A stretch of 64,000 nt of DNA, from assembly GCA_963827235.1 (NCBI GenBank), contig CAWHAE010000018.1:160001-224000 (forward strand), written 5' to 3'. Under the pieces are notes generated by a model, which was not told where the DNA came from, made no database searches, and worked only from the letters and a program-made list of their open reading frames with translations. The translations under genes and the position numbers were made by a program. Shown in pieces: positions 41,383-50,847 of this stretch; position 1 is the stretch's first letter, and each line of letters opens with the position of its first letter. This DNA is from an uncultured bacterium (lineage in GTDB: Bacteria; Chloroflexota; UBA5177; JANWHV01).

Positions 41383-42702
41383 ATGATTGTTGGCATGATG
41401 CCGCCGGAACAGAACGAGCTGGGCGCGCGGCGACCCGGCCGGGAAGACGCCGGACAAGAGACGAGCCCGCCCGGAGAGCGTCCCAGGCGCGGTCTAATCT
41501 ACCTGGCGCTGGCAATGGTGCTCGCCGGCTTTTTGGTGGGCACGATGATCTGGCCGGGCCCCGTATCGACGGCTGCCCCGCCCTGCGACGGCGGGACAGC
41601 GATCTATCGCCTATCTGTCGAGCGCGATCCCCAGGGCGGCAGTCACCTGCTGGCAGTGGTGGGACCGGCGAGCGGGCTCAATGCCGTCGTGGGCGATGCC
41701 CCTGGCTGCCAGGCTCTCTACCAGAGCGATGACGGCGGCGCGACCTGGGCGGCAGTGTTCAGCCATACGTCCGAAGGGCCGGTCGCGGTCGAAGGCGACG
41801 CGAGCGGACATGTCTACGTGTTCGCGACAACGATCCGCTTTCCGCTCTACGTGGCGGGGAACCTCTACCGCGACGACGACCTGCGCTATCCCTGGATCTG
41901 GCAGCGCGTCAGCCCGCAACAGCGCAACGCTATCCCCAGCGCCGCGATTACCGGCATTGCACTGGCGCCCGACGGCGCGCTGCTGGCACTCGTCGCGAGC
42001 GGCGACGGCGGCGCCCTCATACGCTCGGCCGACCTCGGGCAGTCCTGGCAGCCCATCGTCGTGCCGCGCATGCTCTCCGTGTCCGGCATGGCCGTCCTGG
42101 GCAGCACCATTGGCGTGACGCCCGGGTCGTACGCGCCCGGCCTATCGCCCGGACGGACTAGCCTCGACGGCGGCAGGACCTGGTCGGACATGGGCCTCCT
42201 TCACGAAGCCCCTCACCGTACGGGTCTGGTGCCCGTGCTTACCGCCGAGGCCGGAGAGGGCGCGCTCGTCCTCGACCTGATGACCGGTCCCGTCGCGAGT
42301 GGCGGCGTCACAGTAGCCCGCTTCGTCTCGCGCGACGGGGGCAGGAGCTGGAATCCGGACCGCTGCACGGCTCTGCCTACCGCCGGCTGCGCGGCAGTCG
42401 ACCTCTGGAGCGGCAACGCGCGCGTCGGTTACGTACTGTATCGACGGCAACTGTTCCAGAATCAGGCCGATCGAGGTTGGCATCCCGTGACCACGGCGCT
42501 GCCCGTCGCCGCCGGCTCCATCGAACAGGTGGTCGCCGGGGCGCGAGGGCAGGGCGACGCGCCGTACCTGGTCACTCGCGCCGCCGTCTGGCGCCTCGAC
42601 GAGCGAGGAGCCTGGGTCTCGATCACGAAAAGCCTTCCGCTGCTGGCGCCTGCCTCGCCGGCCTACACGAGCCTTCCTCCGGGCTGGCCCGCGGCCACGT
42701 AG
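41383..42702 (+). CDS. Membrane-anchored BNR/Asp-box beta-propeller protein
   Basis: N-terminal TM; Asp-boxes SDDGGATW, SADLGQSW, SLDGGRTW, SRDGGRSW. Confidence 0.75.
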   Translation: MIVGMMPPEQNELGARRPGREDAGQETSPPGERPRRGLIYLALAMVLAGFLVGTMIWPGPVSTAAPPCDGGTAIYRLSVERDPQGGSHLLAVVGPASGLNAVVGDAPGCQALYQSDDGGATWAAVFSHTSEGPVAVEGDASGHVYVFATTIRFPLYVAGNLYRDDDLRYPWIWQRVSPQQRNAIPSAAITGIALAPDGALLALVASGDGGALIRSADLGQSWQPIVVPRMLSVSGMAVLGSTIGVTPGSYAPGLSPGRTSLDGGRTWSDMGLLHEAPHRTGLVPVLTAEAGEGALVLDLMTGPVASGGVTVARFVSRDGGRSWNPDRCTALPTAGCAAVDLWSGNARVGYVLYRRQLFQNQADRGWHPVTTALPVAAGSIEQVVAGARGQGDAPYLVTRAAVWRLDERGAWVSITKSLPLLAPASPAYTSLPPGWPAAT

Positions 42703-43217
42703 CGGAAGAAGGCCGCGATCTCAAGCGCGTGATCGAGCGTGCCGTCGCCGATCATGCGGCCCACGTCGGCCGGCGGCACTAGCCGCACTTCTATGTCCTC
42801 GCCGGCATCCAGCATCTGCTCGCCGGTCTTCCGGCAGTCCAGCGCTAGGAAGTGGTGGCACACGTTGTTCTGGTAGGCCGGGTTCGGATGCACCGAGCCC
42901 AGCTTTCTCCACTCCTGCGACACGTAGCCCGTCTCTTCGGCAAGCTCGCGCTGCATGGCCGCCAGCGGCTCTTCGCCCGGTTCGACCATGCCGGCCGGGA
43001 TCTCCAGCGTATAGCGATCCACGCCGTGCCGGTATTGCCAGACCATCACCATCCGGCCGTCGGCGGTGATTGCCACCACGTTCACCCAGTCGGGCGCCTC
43101 CAGCGTGACGTAGCGGCCGGCCACGCCCGTGCGCGGCGAGACCGCCGTGTGCCGCCGAATCTTGAATATCCTGAAATCCTGGACCTCGTCGTCGTAGCGG
43201 CGCTCCCAGGCTGTCAT
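42663..43217 (-). CDS. NUDIX hydrolase (ADP-ribose pyrophosphatase-like)
   Basis: Nudix box 'PAGMVEPGEEPLAAMQRELAEETG'; 'QYRH', 'PNPA'. Confidence 0.92.
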   Translation of the reverse strand: MTAWERRYDDEVQDFRIFKIRRHTAVSPRTGVAGRYVTLEAPDWVNVVAITADGRMVMVWQYRHGVDRYTLEIPAGMVEPGEEPLAAMQRELAEETGYVSQEWRKLGSVHPNPAYQNNVCHHFLALDCRKTGEQMLDAGEDIEVRLVPPADVGRMIGDGTLDHALEIAAFFRYVAAGQPGGRLV

Positions 43218-43556
43218 GTCCCCTCCCGTGCCCGGCGGGCACCCGACTGTGCCGCTATAACCTGGGCTCGCATTCAGGATGCCCTGGCCGCGTCGTCGGC
43301 GGCAACGTCACAGGCTAGCCGGCGCGGCATCGACTCCGGCGAAAGGGCGATGGCAAGCTCCGTGGACCCGCTGGAGTGCGGGAGCAGCGAAGCCGCCGAC
43401 CTCCCGGCCCCGGTGCGACTTCGGGGCAGATTCCGCGAATCGAATGCCGCCGGCAAAATACGCCCTTCAAAACTGGACGAAGTTGCCGATTAGGATGTAT
43501 AGACGCGGAGCCATTCACACGGGGAGGCGGTTGCTGAGCATGGTGGGAGCCCTGCG

Positions 43557-45437
43557 ATGACCCGTTCAGATGGAATGCCCGTCGCACTCGGAGAGCTTGC
43601 CGAGCTCGAGGCCGGCACCCGGGGAACGACACGGCCGCGATCGCGTACGTTGCCTTCCTCGCAAACGCGGCCTGCCCGAGTCGGCAAAGGTACACCCGGG
43701 TTTCGTCCCTCTGCCCCCGGCATCGACCACGCTCCATCCTGGACGACTCGCTCAACCGTGCGCGTCGCTTCCAGGAGGCGGCTGGGCCTGCAGATTGGCC
43801 GGCAGGAGTGGCAACGTGCCCTGCCGCTGTGGTGGTGCGTGCTTCCCAACGTCTCGGCCTCGGGCCTTAGCCTGTTCATCGTCTGCGTCTGGTGCCTGGT
43901 GCCCGCGGATTGGCTGCGTGCCGGCCTCATCGTGGGCGCCCTTGCCCTGCTCGCGGCGGTGATCGTGCGGCAAGTCTCCAGTGCCAACGAGGCCTACGCC
44001 ACGTCGGTGGGCAACGCGGCCCTGCTGCAGGCGAATCAGGAGCTTGCAGCCATGAACAAGCACCTGCACCTGCTGGCCACCACCGATCCTCTCACCGGTC
44101 TCGGCAACCGCGCCATTCTCGAGGAAAGCAGCCTCTCGTCGCGTTCGAGCGGAGACGCTCGCTACGAAGCACTCCTGCTGCTCGACCTCGATCGGTTCAA
44201 GGACGTGAACGATACCCTGGGACACCGCTGCGGCGACCTGCTGCTCAAGCAGCTAGCCGCACGGCTGCTCGACGCCGTGGGCGGCACGGGCCGCGTGGCG
44301 CGCTTGGGTGGCGACGAGTTCGCCATCGTGCTGCCCGGCGCGGACCTGGAGCAGGCGACGGCCGTGGCGAGGCGCTGCAACGAAGCTCTTGATACCTCGT
44401 TCGCCATTGAGGGGCACAGCCTGCACGTGGGCGGCAGCATCGGCGTCGCCATCGCCCCCGACCACGGACGGGACATCAGCACGTTGCTGCGCTGCGCCGA
44501 CGTCGCCATGTACGTGGCCAAGCGCCGGCATTGCGGCTTCACCGTGTTCGACCCCAAGGACGACCGGCACAGCGCCCAGCGCCTGGCCCTGGCCGGCGCC
44601 TTGCAGCAGAGCATCGCCGCCAACCAGCTCTGCCTCCACTACCAGCCCGTCATGCATCTGCCGGGCGGCCTGACGCGCTCCGTGGAGGCTCTCGTGCGCT
44701 GGAACCATCCGGATTACGGCTTCCTTACTCCGGATCAGTTTGTCCCCCTGGCCGAACAGACCGGACTGATCGTGCCGCTGACGCGTTGGGCGATCGAGAC
44801 CGCCCTCTGGCAGTGCCGGGCCTGGCAGAAGGCCGGTCTCCCGGTGGGAGTGGCGGTCAACGTGTCCATGCGCAACCTGGAGGACGCGCGCCTGCCCGAA
44901 CTCGTGCAGGAGATGCTGCTGAAGACCGGCGTGGCGCCGCACCTGCTCACGCTGGAGATCACCGAGACCATGCTGATGTCCGACCCGCCCACGACCCACG
45001 CCATGCTGGAGCGCCTGCACCATCTGGGCGTTCGCCTTTCCATCGACGATTTCGGCACCGGGCATTCATCACTGGGCTATCTGAAGAGCCTGCCGGTGGA
45101 CGAGCTCAAGATCGATCAGGCGTTCGTGCTCAACCTGGCAGCCACGCACAGTGCACCAGCGGCCAAGGACAGGATGATCGTGCGCTCGGTCATCGCCCTG
45201 GCCCACGCCTTGCGCCTCGAGGTGGTGGCGGAGGGTGTGGAGACAAAGCCGGCATGGGAGCTGCTGTCGGCCTTCCGCTGCGATGCGGCTCAGGGCTTCT
45301 TCATCAGCAAGCCGCTGCCTGCCGCGGAGCTGGAGACGTGGCTGCGCATCGTCTCCAGCTCCGCCGCTACCGCCGCTACCGCCGGCAGCGAGTGCCCCGT
45401 GGCGACCGCGCCCGCGCGCACCTCCGCGGCCGGCTGA
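43557..45437 (+). CDS. GGDEF-EAL diguanylate cyclase/phosphodiesterase with N-terminal TM region
   Basis: 'DPLTGLGNR', 'DLDRFKDVNDTLGH', 'RLGGDEF', 'VEALVRW', 'IDDFGTG', 'VAEGVE'; true start uncertain. Confidence 0.9.
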   Translation: MTRSDGMPVALGELAELEAGTRGTTRPRSRTLPSSQTRPARVGKGTPGFRPSAPGIDHAPSWTTRSTVRVASRRRLGLQIGRQEWQRALPLWWCVLPNVSASGLSLFIVCVWCLVPADWLRAGLIVGALALLAAVIVRQVSSANEAYATSVGNAALLQANQELAAMNKHLHLLATTDPLTGLGNRAILEESSLSSRSSGDARYEALLLLDLDRFKDVNDTLGHRCGDLLLKQLAARLLDAVGGTGRVARLGGDEFAIVLPGADLEQATAVARRCNEALDTSFAIEGHSLHVGGSIGVAIAPDHGRDISTLLRCADVAMYVAKRRHCGFTVFDPKDDRHSAQRLALAGALQQSIAANQLCLHYQPVMHLPGGLTRSVEALVRWNHPDYGFLTPDQFVPLAEQTGLIVPLTRWAIETALWQCRAWQKAGLPVGVAVNVSMRNLEDARLPELVQEMLLKTGVAPHLLTLEITETMLMSDPPTTHAMLERLHHLGVRLSIDDFGTGHSSLGYLKSLPVDELKIDQAFVLNLAATHSAPAAKDRMIVRSVIALAHALRLEVVAEGVETKPAWELLSAFRCDAAQGFFISKPLPAAELETWLRIVSSSAATAATAGSECPVATAPARTSAAG

Positions 45438-45460
45438 CGGGCCCGCGGTCCGCCATCGGC

Positions 45461-46543
45461 TCAGACGACCTCGAGCGCGTCGGGCTCCATTACCGCTGGA
45501 TGGCCGACCGAGGTCTCCTTCTGGTACCAGAACGCGGTCGATGCGATGTCGTCCTGCAGCGCGAGATAGCGCCCGCCCGAGCGCCAACCCAGCCCCTGGA
45601 TGCTGACTCGAATGCCAGAGGCGAATCGAATGGGATCCATGATGTGCCAGCGGTACATGCCGAACCGCTGCTGGCTGCGATAGAGCCCGTCGGGTCGCAT
45701 CACCTGGCTGAGACCCATGTACGGCGTGCTGAACGGCACGTAGCCCTGCCCGGGCACCTCGAAATCCCAGGCACCGCCGAAATAGTCTTCAGTGCCGGTG
45801 CCGCAGATCGTCGGGTACTCCACGTCGCCGTCGAGATAGAATTTGATCTCGCCTTCGCCCCACCAGCCGGAGTTGTTGACTCCCCAGGCAATGTAAGTGC
45901 CCACGTAATGGCCGCTGCCGCTCACGCCGTCCAGAAGCGTGTGCACCTCCTTGTAGGGCAATGGGTTGCTTCGCCGCCATTGCGCGTGGAAGTAGGCCGC
46001 CTGGTCGGGAACCGCGGTCTCCGTATAGGTGATCTGAAAATACACCACGATGGGCTCGTCGGCCAGGCTCTCGATGGTCACTCGGGCGCCGCGCCGATAG
46101 GGCATCGGCCAGAAGCTATTGCAGCCTCCGTGGGGATTGACCGCGATCGGCTGGGAAGCCACGTGGCTGTACTCGCACCAACCGTTGCAGAAGAAGTCGC
46201 CCAGGGGAGTCTGTACTGCCGGCCGCTCGTCGCTATCCCAGTACATGCGCAGCACGAGGCGCCGCCAGTTCCGCGGGTCCGTAGTGATCCAGATGTGCTG
46301 GATGGCGCCGGCGCCCGTGACGTCCGCCAGCACGGCGGTCTGTCGCGGTGCGATGGCAATGCTCGGCGACACCTTCCAGCCCCGGCCAAGGTCCCGAGCC
46401 GCCCGTGCGCCGGTGCCCTCCACGGCCATGCCGCCTTTGCCTTTTGCTCCGGTAGGATTCTCCGCGCTGATCGAACGGGTTTGCGCCGTCGACAGATAAG
46501 CCACGTTGCCCAAGCCCATGCCGAGGCCTGCGAAGTCAACCAT
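45461..46543 (-). CDS. DUF2961 / GH172 family glycoside hydrolase
   Basis: 'RSISAENPTGAKGKGG', 'WWGEGEIKFYLDGD', 'CGTGTEDYFGGAW', 'DDIASTAFWYQ'. Confidence 0.9.
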   Translation of the reverse strand: MVDFAGLGMGLGNVAYLSTAQTRSISAENPTGAKGKGGMAVEGTGARAARDLGRGWKVSPSIAIAPRQTAVLADVTGAGAIQHIWITTDPRNWRRLVLRMYWDSDERPAVQTPLGDFFCNGWCEYSHVASQPIAVNPHGGCNSFWPMPYRRGARVTIESLADEPIVVYFQITYTETAVPDQAAYFHAQWRRSNPLPYKEVHTLLDGVSGSGHYVGTYIAWGVNNSGWWGEGEIKFYLDGDVEYPTICGTGTEDYFGGAWDFEVPGQGYVPFSTPYMGLSQVMRPDGLYRSQQRFGMYRWHIMDPIRFASGIRVSIQGLGWRSGGRYLALQDDIASTAFWYQKETSVGHPAVMEPDALEVV

Positions 46544-46790
46544 GTGCCTGTACCTTCCTTACAGTCCAAAATGCGACATATCGACGCCCTCATCAACGTA
46601 CACCACAGGAGAGCGGCCGCGGTCGATCTCCAGTTGAGCTGTGGCCGGCCGCACTCGGCGCACAGCCACTCCGTTACCGCGGCCAGGGCACCGCCGATAG
46701 CCAGCCCTGCCGGCCGTAACGCCTTGCCTCTGCCGGACCGGTCCGCACACGCCGGGGTCTATTGGGCAGCGCTTCGTCCTCGGTCCCGGA

Positions 46791-46951
46791 CGCGATGGCC
46801 GGAAGCCCCGCCGTTGCCGGCCGGCAAGGCCGTGTACCAGCTATGTCCGGCGGCGTACCTGAGAGATGTGATCCACGGCTTCGGTCCGCCGACCCAGGTG
46901 CCGTGGTCATCCCGGCCACCGGTGGATCTACCCGGCATGGATCCCATCGCC
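46791..46951. ncRNA. Candidate rod-shaped structured RNA (6S-like)
   Basis: Terminal stem GCGATGG/CCATCGC, inner stems TACCTG/CAGGTG and on the minus strand TGACCA/TGGTACA; lies in a 600-bp intergenic gap; no clear promoter found. Confidence 0.25.
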
Positions 46952-47146
46952 GCGAGACAACAAGCCGCTGCGTCACGAGGCCCAGGCGGACCCTGTCGCC
47001 GAGAGTCCGGCCGCGACACCGGGCATGGTACGCTGAAGGCACAGGCGTCTGCCGGCGGTTGTGTGGCGATGAGCCGCCCGGCCTCGCCCGACGGGAGTGC
47101 CATGTGGTGCGGAATCGGCAGAGGCAGGCTGCGGCCTGACGCCTCA

Positions 47147-47593
47147 ATGGACCCGGGCCGGGCGGCCTGCGCCGGCGTCGTCGCGGCATTCGCCTATCTA
47201 CTGACCATGTACGCGGACATGGCGATCACGCGATCGCCTTCCGATGACTTGCTGATGCTGGGTGGGCCCATCACGGCAGACCGGCGCCTCGCGCGCCTCG
47301 CCGGTCTGCCTCTGCACACGGGCTTCGGTGCCTTCGTCGGCCTGGTGTACGCCGGCTACGGCTATCGCCACTTGCGCGGCCCGGATTGGCTGCGCGGCAT
47401 CACCATGATGGCGATCGAGAACACCGTGCTCTGGCCCACGGCCATTCTCGCCGACCGGTTTCACCCGTCGATGCGCTCTGGAGAACTGCCGCGCCTCAAT
47501 GCGCCGGTACCGTTCGCCCAGCAACTGGCGCGGCACGCCGCCTTCGGCGTAGTTCTGGGCATGCTCTACGGCAAGGGCAGGCAGACGGCCTAG
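47147..47593 (+). CDS. Small membrane protein (3-4 TM)
   Basis: Hydrophobic helices with conserved-looking His residues ('LPLHTGFG', 'LARHAAFGVVLG'); extended -10-like TGGTACGCT upstream. Confidence 0.7.
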   Translation: MDPGRAACAGVVAAFAYLLTMYADMAITRSPSDDLLMLGGPITADRRLARLAGLPLHTGFGAFVGLVYAGYGYRHLRGPDWLRGITMMAIENTVLWPTAILADRFHPSMRSGELPRLNAPVPFAQQLARHAAFGVVLGMLYGKGRQTA

Positions 47594-47637
47594 CCCCGTC
47601 CGTTCGGCTGCAACCGGAGGTCCATCGCCCCGAGCGC

Positions 47638-48765
47638 CTAGAGCGCCAGCGTGGCCGTGACTGAGTAGATCGGCGGCAGGTAGTCGGCGATCAGATCCCA
47701 GTTCTCGCCCCTATCGGCGCTGGCAAACAGCTGGCCGGTCTTGGTGCCGACGTACACACCGCAGGGATCCTCGGTGTCCGTGCACATGGCGTGCCTGAGC
47801 ACGCCGAGCCGGACGCCAGTACCGCGCGGCAGCCCGCCGGTCAGCGGGCGCCACTCGTTCCCGCCGTCGGTTGAACGGTAGACGGCGAACTGGTCACCAA
47901 CGTTGTGACGGCCGAGCGGCTCCTGGCTGTGCGTGCCGAAGCGCTCGACGATCACGAAGACCGTGTCCGGATTGTGGCTGTCGAGGGCAAAGGGGAAACC
48001 GAAGTCGGACGGCAGCTCGCCGGTGATCTCCTGCCACTGCTCGCCCGCACTGTCGCTGCGATAGACGCCGCAGTGATTCTGCTGGTACAGCGTATCGGGC
48101 CGCGTCGGGTGCTGGAGCAGACGGTGCACACACTGGCCGAATTCGGGGTATCGCTCGGGAGAGAACTCCGCTCGCACGCCCCTGTTCTTGAACGACCAGG
48201 ACTCTCCGCCGTCGTCGGTCTGCAGGCAGCCCACCGCCGAGATCGCTACCCACATTCGCTCCGGACGTGAGTGGTCGGGCACGATCGAGTGCAGGCAGAG
48301 GCCCCCGGCGCCCGGATTCCACTGCTCTCGGGTAGGATGGTTCTCCAGCCCCTGCACCAGCTCCCAGGTGGCGCCGTTGTCGTCGGAACGCCACAGGCTG
48401 GCCGGGTCCACGCCCGCGAACACAGTGCCCGGCTGGTCGGCCCGTCCGGGTACGATCACCCAGACATTGTTCAGCTTTCGGCCCGAGTCGGCCGGGAACT
48501 GCAGCCCGGTGGCTGGCTCGGACCATGTTCGACCGTAGTCATCGCTGTAGCGCAGGTGAGCTCCGAAGAAGTCGCCGTTGTCGGCAGCAAACAGCCTTGC
48601 AGCATTCCGTTGGTCGAGCACGGCGTTGAACACTCGCGTGCCTTGCAGCCCCGTCGCCTCCAGGGTCCACGCCTTGCGATCGCCGGAGCTCAGGGCAAAC
48701 AGTCCGTTCTTCGTCCCCACCAGCAGCACATGCGGCCCTCCGGCGAATGGTTGTGTCTTTGCCAC
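47638..48765 (-). CDS. BNR/Asp-box beta-propeller ('exo-alpha-sialidase'-like), MoaD-associated
   Basis: 'LLVGTKNGLF', Asp-boxes, 'GGLCLHSI', 'GQCVHRL', 'QQNHCGVYRSD', 'LPSDFGFP'; GGAG RBS before GTG 48765. Confidence 0.85.
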   Translation of the reverse strand: MAKTQPFAGGPHVLLVGTKNGLFALSSGDRKAWTLEATGLQGTRVFNAVLDQRNAARLFAADNGDFFGAHLRYSDDYGRTWSEPATGLQFPADSGRKLNNVWVIVPGRADQPGTVFAGVDPASLWRSDDNGATWELVQGLENHPTREQWNPGAGGLCLHSIVPDHSRPERMWVAISAVGCLQTDDGGESWSFKNRGVRAEFSPERYPEFGQCVHRLLQHPTRPDTLYQQNHCGVYRSDSAGEQWQEITGELPSDFGFPFALDSHNPDTVFVIVERFGTHSQEPLGRHNVGDQFAVYRSTDGGNEWRPLTGGLPRGTGVRLGVLRHAMCTDTEDPCGVYVGTKTGQLFASADRGENWDLIADYLPPIYSVTATLAL

Positions 48766-48850
48766 CGCGCTCCACCTCCATCTAGACTTGTCCGCCAACC
48801 GTTTGATCGTGCTGGAACAGGCTCGGCAGTAGTCGGTGCTGGCCGGCCGA

Positions 48851-49135
48851 TCAGCCGCCGGCAACCGATCGCAGGACGCTCAGGGTGGTGTTTCCGGCCA
48901 CGGTCGTGTCCAACCCCTGGAGATCCCGTATGTTCTCGGTGCCCACGAAGATATTGACGTACGGCCGGAGCTCACCCGTCTCGTGACAGAGACCGAACCC
49001 CATGCCGGGCACGGCCGCATCGAGCTCGGCGATGATCTGCCGCACCGTGCCCGGCCTCACTGCCACGCGATGGGGATAGCCCGACAGCGCCCCCATCGAG
49101 CGCGGCAACACGACCATCACGCTCTCGTTTTTCAC
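48851..49135 (-). CDS. MoaD/ThiS family ubiquitin-like protein
   Basis: 'GELRPYVNIFV', C-terminal 'SVAGG'. Confidence 0.88.
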   Translation of the reverse strand: MKNESVMVVLPRSMGALSGYPHRVAVRPGTVRQIIAELDAAVPGMGFGLCHETGELRPYVNIFVGTENIRDLQGLDTTVAGNTTLSVLRSVAGG

Positions 49136-49304
49136 CGCATCCCCACCCCGACCATCCGGCGAGTCACGCCGGAGCTGCACGACGCCTGCCGCCGTTCATG
49201 GCACACTCATGCCGCTGCCGCGCCGGCAATCGCCCACGGCTACGCCATGCCTACCCATCACACGCTAGGGCAGACAACCGGATGGTGCAAGTACGTTCTG
49301 CGGA

Positions 49305-50282
49305 TCAGCCGCCCTGCGCGGCAAGAAAGGCGCTTGCCTCGGCAAGCGTGGGCAGGGCTGGAATGGCGCCAAGCTTCGTGCAGGTGAGCGCGCCGACGGC
49401 CGTGGCAAAACGAAGCGCGGCGCCCACCGTCTCCCGGGGCACGCGCCGCAGCGATCCCAACTTCTCGCGCTCCGGTAGCAGATGCGTGATCATCGCCGCC
49501 ATGAAGCCATCTCCGGCGCCTGTCGTCTCCACCACCTCGACGGGGAACGACGGCACCTCGATCCTGTAGTCGCTGGTAGCGGCAAGGGCGCCGAGAGGCC
49601 CGCGGCTGATCACCAGCAGCTCTACCCCACGCCCCAATACGGCGTCAATGCCGGAATCCAGATCCTGGTGGCCGGTCGCCACCTCCCATTCCTCCTGGCT
49701 GACCTTGGCCAGGTGCGCGTACTTGAAAGAATCCTGAATCACCAGGCGCGCGCGATCCTCGGAGGGCCACAGCGTTGGCCGGTAGTTCGGGTCGTAGGTG
49801 ATCATCAGGCCGCGAGCGCGAGCCATCTCCAGGGCCGCACGTTGCGCGGACGCAGACGGCTCCTCGATGAAGCTGATGGATCCGAAATGGAAGGCACGAG
49901 CCTGATCGAACAGGCGTTCGTCGATTTCCTCTGGACGCAGCATCATGTCGGCACCCGGGTTGCGGAAGAAGCAGAGGTCCTTGTGGCCATCATCCCAGAC
50001 CGCCACGAAGACGGCCGTGGTGCGAGTATGGGAGTCGCTGGCCAGGTATCGAACGTCCACGCGGTCGGCCGACAGCGCGTCACGGAGGAAGCGGCCGAAC
50101 GGGTCGGCACCCACTTTGCCGACGAAAGCCGCCGGCCTACCCAGCCGCTGCAGGGCTACCGAAACGTTTGCCGGCGCTCCTCCCGGCGCCTTGACGAAGC
50201 TCCCCGCGTTCTCCAGGGAGACGTTCGCCTCCCGGGCAACGAACTCCGTCAGCAGCTCACCCATGCAGATCACGTCGGCCAT
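49305..50282 (-). CDS. PfkB family carbohydrate kinase (fructokinase-like)
   Basis: 'PGGAPANV', 'GADPFG', 'YDPNYRPTLW', 'ETTGAGDGF'. Confidence 0.93.
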   Translation of the reverse strand: MADVICMGELLTEFVAREANVSLENAGSFVKAPGGAPANVSVALQRLGRPAAFVGKVGADPFGRFLRDALSADRVDVRYLASDSHTRTTAVFVAVWDDGHKDLCFFRNPGADMMLRPEEIDERLFDQARAFHFGSISFIEEPSASAQRAALEMARARGLMITYDPNYRPTLWPSEDRARLVIQDSFKYAHLAKVSQEEWEVATGHQDLDSGIDAVLGRGVELLVISRGPLGALAATSDYRIEVPSFPVEVVETTGAGDGFMAAMITHLLPEREKLGSLRRVPRETVGAALRFATAVGALTCTKLGAIPALPTLAEASAFLAAQGG

Positions 50283-50847
50283 GCTTCTTCCCTCTCCCAG
50301 TGCGTCGACTTGCTGCCGCCGGCACTTGCCACCCGAGACGACCGCGTCCGCGCCCGTCCACGCGCGGAGCGTTCCGGCTCGCCCGGCTGGCGCTTGCGAC
50401 GGCGGTCCGATCGGACCTCTCCGAGAATCCGGCAGTTGGCGAGGTCAGTATAACGCACCCTGTCGCGGCTGCAAGGCGCCCGCGGCCCTGATAGGCAGCC
50501 AAGACGCGGGTGAGCGGCGGCCTCCGCATCGCCGCGTCGAGTCGTCGCATCACGAGTTGCACTGGCGCCCCCGATGCCCGGTACGTCGGGGTATCGCAGC
50601 CTTAGCGGACTTAGCAGTCAAGCCATGGTAGTATCTGACTATAGTGGGGCCACGACGGAATCTTACACACCGCGACGATGCCCCGGGATGCATCCCGTGG
50701 TTGCTCACGGCCCGCCAAGTGCGGAATTCGTTCTGCCCGTGCGTGTTTCACCGTGGCTTGAGCATAGGGCCGGCGATCGAGCCCTGCCGGAGCGGCCGGC
50801 GGGCTGCCTGCCCGTGCCGGGAGCGGGAGTGCAGCGGTGCGTAGGGC

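Noticed and set aside
43465-43495. Sigma28-like GCCGATTA upstream of the GGDEF-EAL gene (and GCCGATCA upstream of cheW)
   Set aside because: Poor -35 match and spacing; such 8-mers are expected by chance at this GC content
45461-50282. GH172 + PfkB as a fructoside utilisation operon
   Set aside because: The genes are separated by unrelated genes, an opposite-strand gene and a long gap; no transporter or regulator links them
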